Origin: an uncultured Gemmatimonadales bacterium
GTDB taxonomy: Bacteria; Gemmatimonadota; Gemmatimonadetes; Longimicrobiales; RSA9
NCBI GenBank assembly: GCA_963798085.1
Contig: CAWCRS010000001.1
Coordinates: 420,522 to 484,521, forward strand
Reading direction: 5' to 3'
Length of the DNA stretch: 64,000 nucleotides
Made by a program: the position numbers and the translations under genes. Shown here one piece after another: positions 61,749 to 64,000 of this stretch (position 1 is its first letter; each line of letters begins with the position of its first letter). The notes beneath the pieces were generated by a model, which was given only the letters and a program-made list of their open reading frames with translations, was not told the origin of the DNA and did no database searches.

Positions 61749-61819
61749 ACGGTCATTGCTTCCCGGGCGTGCGGCTGTATTCGGCAACATGGGTTGGTCC
61801 GGCAACGGCAAAGCACTTC

Positions 61820-61960
61820 AGATAACACGCTAGTTGCCGCAGGCCGCGCTGGCGCGCGGCCGCCGCCGCAGCTGGCCTAAGCGGACACGCAAGGAAGGGC
61901 GGCGGACATGCCTGCGCCGCAAGCGGCTTCGGCACGTCGGCAACCGCCATCACGTTAAAT
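61820..61960 (+). repeat. Atypical attC-like site (family 2)
   Basis: AGATAAC-6-GTTGCCGC...GTCGGCAAC-9-GTTAAAT. Confidence 0.8.
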
Positions 61961-62149
61961 GACATTGAATTTGGCGCATGCGCCTGCCTGGCTTCCTTGT
62001 CACATGGGCGCGACGTTGGCCAGCACAACCCGGGCATCGAGCAGTCCAGAAGCCAACTTCGTTGCCCAGGCGCCACCCTTGCGGTGACGGGAACCAGGGT
62101 TTACTATGCTTAGGAATCTGAGGCTGCGGCCGTCCCACTACCCTCGGAG

Positions 62150-62962
62150 GTGGACATGCGGCCAAGGGCGTTCGCTCTAGCACTGCTATTACTGCTGAAT
62201 GGATTCGTACCGCTTTCATCTCAAGAGGTTCGAGGCCGAGTTGTAGACGAGGCAACGCGTAGCGGGATCGCGTCTGCCAAAGTCGTACTGATATCGATCG
62301 CAGGCGATACGCTCCGGCAGACGTCAACAGGGCCCGAGGGTTTCTTCACAATGAAGATACCGGCCGCGGGCGATTATATCGTTCATGTCCAGTACGTCGG
62401 TTACGGTGATGGCGAGAACCACATCCATGTCGGCACGGCAAACGTAACACTGCCCGCCTTCGTATTGCGCGTAACAGTCATCAAGCTCGACTCGCTTAGA
62501 GTCAGCGCGAATCAAAACAACCGGTCGGCCACGGTAGGATTCGCGCACGCTACATACGTCGTCAGTGGAAGCCGCATGGCGTTTCTGGAGCGCCAGGGCG
62601 CTCGGCCACTCACGGTTGTGCGTGAGCTACCAAATGTACGTATGCGTAATATCCCTCGCTACACCGTTGCCGGAGGCGGCGTTATCCTCAACTACACTTG
62701 CATTGAATCCGTCCGCAAATTCATTGACTTCCGGACCTCTGGTTGTGATCCCGTGGTCATGATAGTCGACGGGATTGTGGTTGGTGACCCATACGACAAC
62801 TTGCGGAGCCTAAGCCTTGCTGACATCGAGAGCCTTGAGCTGTTGAATCCCGTAGAGGCGGGCTTCCAATATGGTCCAAATGCGGCTGCTGTAGGGGCGC
62901 TTGTTATCTGGACTCGGGGTCGTGGCCCGCACGAGAGCCAAGCGAGAGACGGTAGGAGCTAA
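62150..62962 (+). CDS. Secreted protein: carboxypeptidase-regulatory-like domain plus TonB plug-like C-terminus (cassette S)
   Basis: VRGRVVDEAT...GFF...YVGY; IVDGIVV...DIESLELL...YG. Confidence 0.7.
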   Translation: MDMRPRAFALALLLLLNGFVPLSSQEVRGRVVDEATRSGIASAKVVLISIAGDTLRQTSTGPEGFFTMKIPAAGDYIVHVQYVGYGDGENHIHVGTANVTLPAFVLRVTVIKLDSLRVSANQNNRSATVGFAHATYVVSGSRMAFLERQGARPLTVVRELPNVRMRNIPRYTVAGGGVILNYTCIESVRKFIDFRTSGCDPVVMIVDGIVVGDPYDNLRSLSLADIESLELLNPVEAGFQYGPNAAAVGALVIWTRGRGPHESQARDGRS

Positions 62963-63223
62963 CCCCGCGACAATCTACTCTGCTGCCGCTGCAATTACTT
63001 GACCCGTTTGGGCAAATGGCGTTCCTTTCATTCAAGGTTGGCCCATGGACAACCCTGCAACTATCCTGCCCGAGAAATGACACCTCAAAGGAACGGCACC
63101 AGTGTCCCAATAGATCCCGAAGCCTGTCCCAGAGGCATCAGCCTTCAATCGGCGACAGGCTGCAGCGGCCGCCCCGCTTGGACTGCACGTCGGCTCTTTT
63201 CGGCGAGGCGGGTCGCGGCGAGC

Positions 63224-64000
63224 TTGAGCGTCTGTCTTCGGGCGGTCCTGTTGCCTGGCGCGACTGCTTGCTCATTCGACTCCTCTACTGTGACCGATTC
63301 TTCGACATTGCCGGTGCAACAGCTTGCGGCTGGTCGCGTTCTCACACCGAATCCTCAAGAGACCATACCGGTCTACACGCTCACCGCTCGACGTGTCATT
63401 GGAGATTCACTTACATTCTCAGAAATCTTGGCGATCCGCATACTATCAACCAACATTGTTGTGCTGGATCGCCTCGATGATCCGCACGTCAGCGTGTTCA
63501 ACCGACAAGATGGCCTTCTGCGTGCGCGTTTCGGTCGACACGGTCAAGGCCCGGGAGAATTGGTTGAGCCCGCTTGGGCCGTCCCCGATGAGAGCGCTGA
63601 CGATGCAATTTGGCTGTTCGATTTTCGCACACGCCGCTTTCTGCGCTATGCCGGCATCACCCAGTCGCACGCTAAAGTCACCAAAGAAATCTCGATCCGC
63701 ACTCCGTTCTCGCCAACCGCTGTGTTTTGGAGCGGTCAGTCGCTAACCGCCGCGGGCCTCTACCCCGAATATGCTGCCGTCCGATTGGATTCCACTGGCC
63801 GATCCCATTCGGCATTCCTAGCATACCCTCCAGTATATCCAAAAGAAACTCAGTTCGCCGCCCGAATCAGGCTAAATCATACCCATCTGCGATTCAACCA
63901 TCTACCGGTTCCTTCGCCCTCGTGTATCAGTCCGTCAACCGAATCGACATCTTTGAAGCAAATGGGCAATATAGGGCACGCTCTTTCTGGCCCTGTCAAG
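63224..64000 (+). CDS. 6-bladed beta-propeller lipoprotein, runs off the window; start uncertain
   Basis: Hand translation: ATAC lipobox, VVLDR, FGRHGQGPGEL, IWLFD. Confidence 0.55.
   Translation, partial: MSVCLRAVLLPGATACSFDSSTVTDSSTLPVQQLAAGRVLTPNPQETIPVYTLTARRVIGDSLTFSEILAIRILSTNIVVLDRLDDPHVSVFNRQDGLLRARFGRHGQGPGELVEPAWAVPDESADDAIWLFDFRTRRFLRYAGITQSHAKVTKEISIRTPFSPTAVFWSGQSLTAAGLYPEYAAVRLDSTGRSHSAFLAYPPVYPKETQFAARIRLNHTHLRFNHLPVPSPSCISPSTESTSLKQMGNIGHALSGPVK

Larger units (their letters stand above)
54691..64000 (+). mobile_element. Cassette array 2 with atypical att sites (cassettes N 54691, O 55920, P 57131, Q 60029, R 60862, S 61955 to beyond the window)
   Basis: Five related 141-163 bp sites and 18-23 bp cassette terminal IRs. 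Confidence 0.85.

Overview
High-GC bacterial window; the gene content (GWxTD-like, ADOP-type permease, EcxA-like metalloprotease, 6-bladed propellers) suggests Gemmatimonadota, which is an inference. Bases 1-26.3 kb are ordinary chromosome (hydrolases, polyamine ABC transporter, DmpA, LsrF, MocR, aminotransferase, UpxY/NusG paralog), with four intergenic hairpin elements that share CGGACCGTCTTGGCGTTC termini. At 26910-27914 lies an integron integrase co-oriented with a downstream array. The array has 18 cassettes with canonical attC sites (28111-44130); 10 carry TA or TA-like pairs and 11 are members of duplicate sets. A decayed array with eroded attC sites follows (44.1-53.4 kb), then a gene-fusion junction (~54030). 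From 54690 to the end there is a second cassette array with a different att-site architecture: ~22-bp cassette terminal inverted repeats with an invariant mismatch, 9-11 bp L'-R' spacers and a bulge on the right arm. It carries mostly defence/TA cargo and has no dedicated recombinase in view; it is the best candidate for a novel system. Many single-base frameshifts across unrelated genes may be sequencing error. Family calls come from motif recognition by eye, not database searches.
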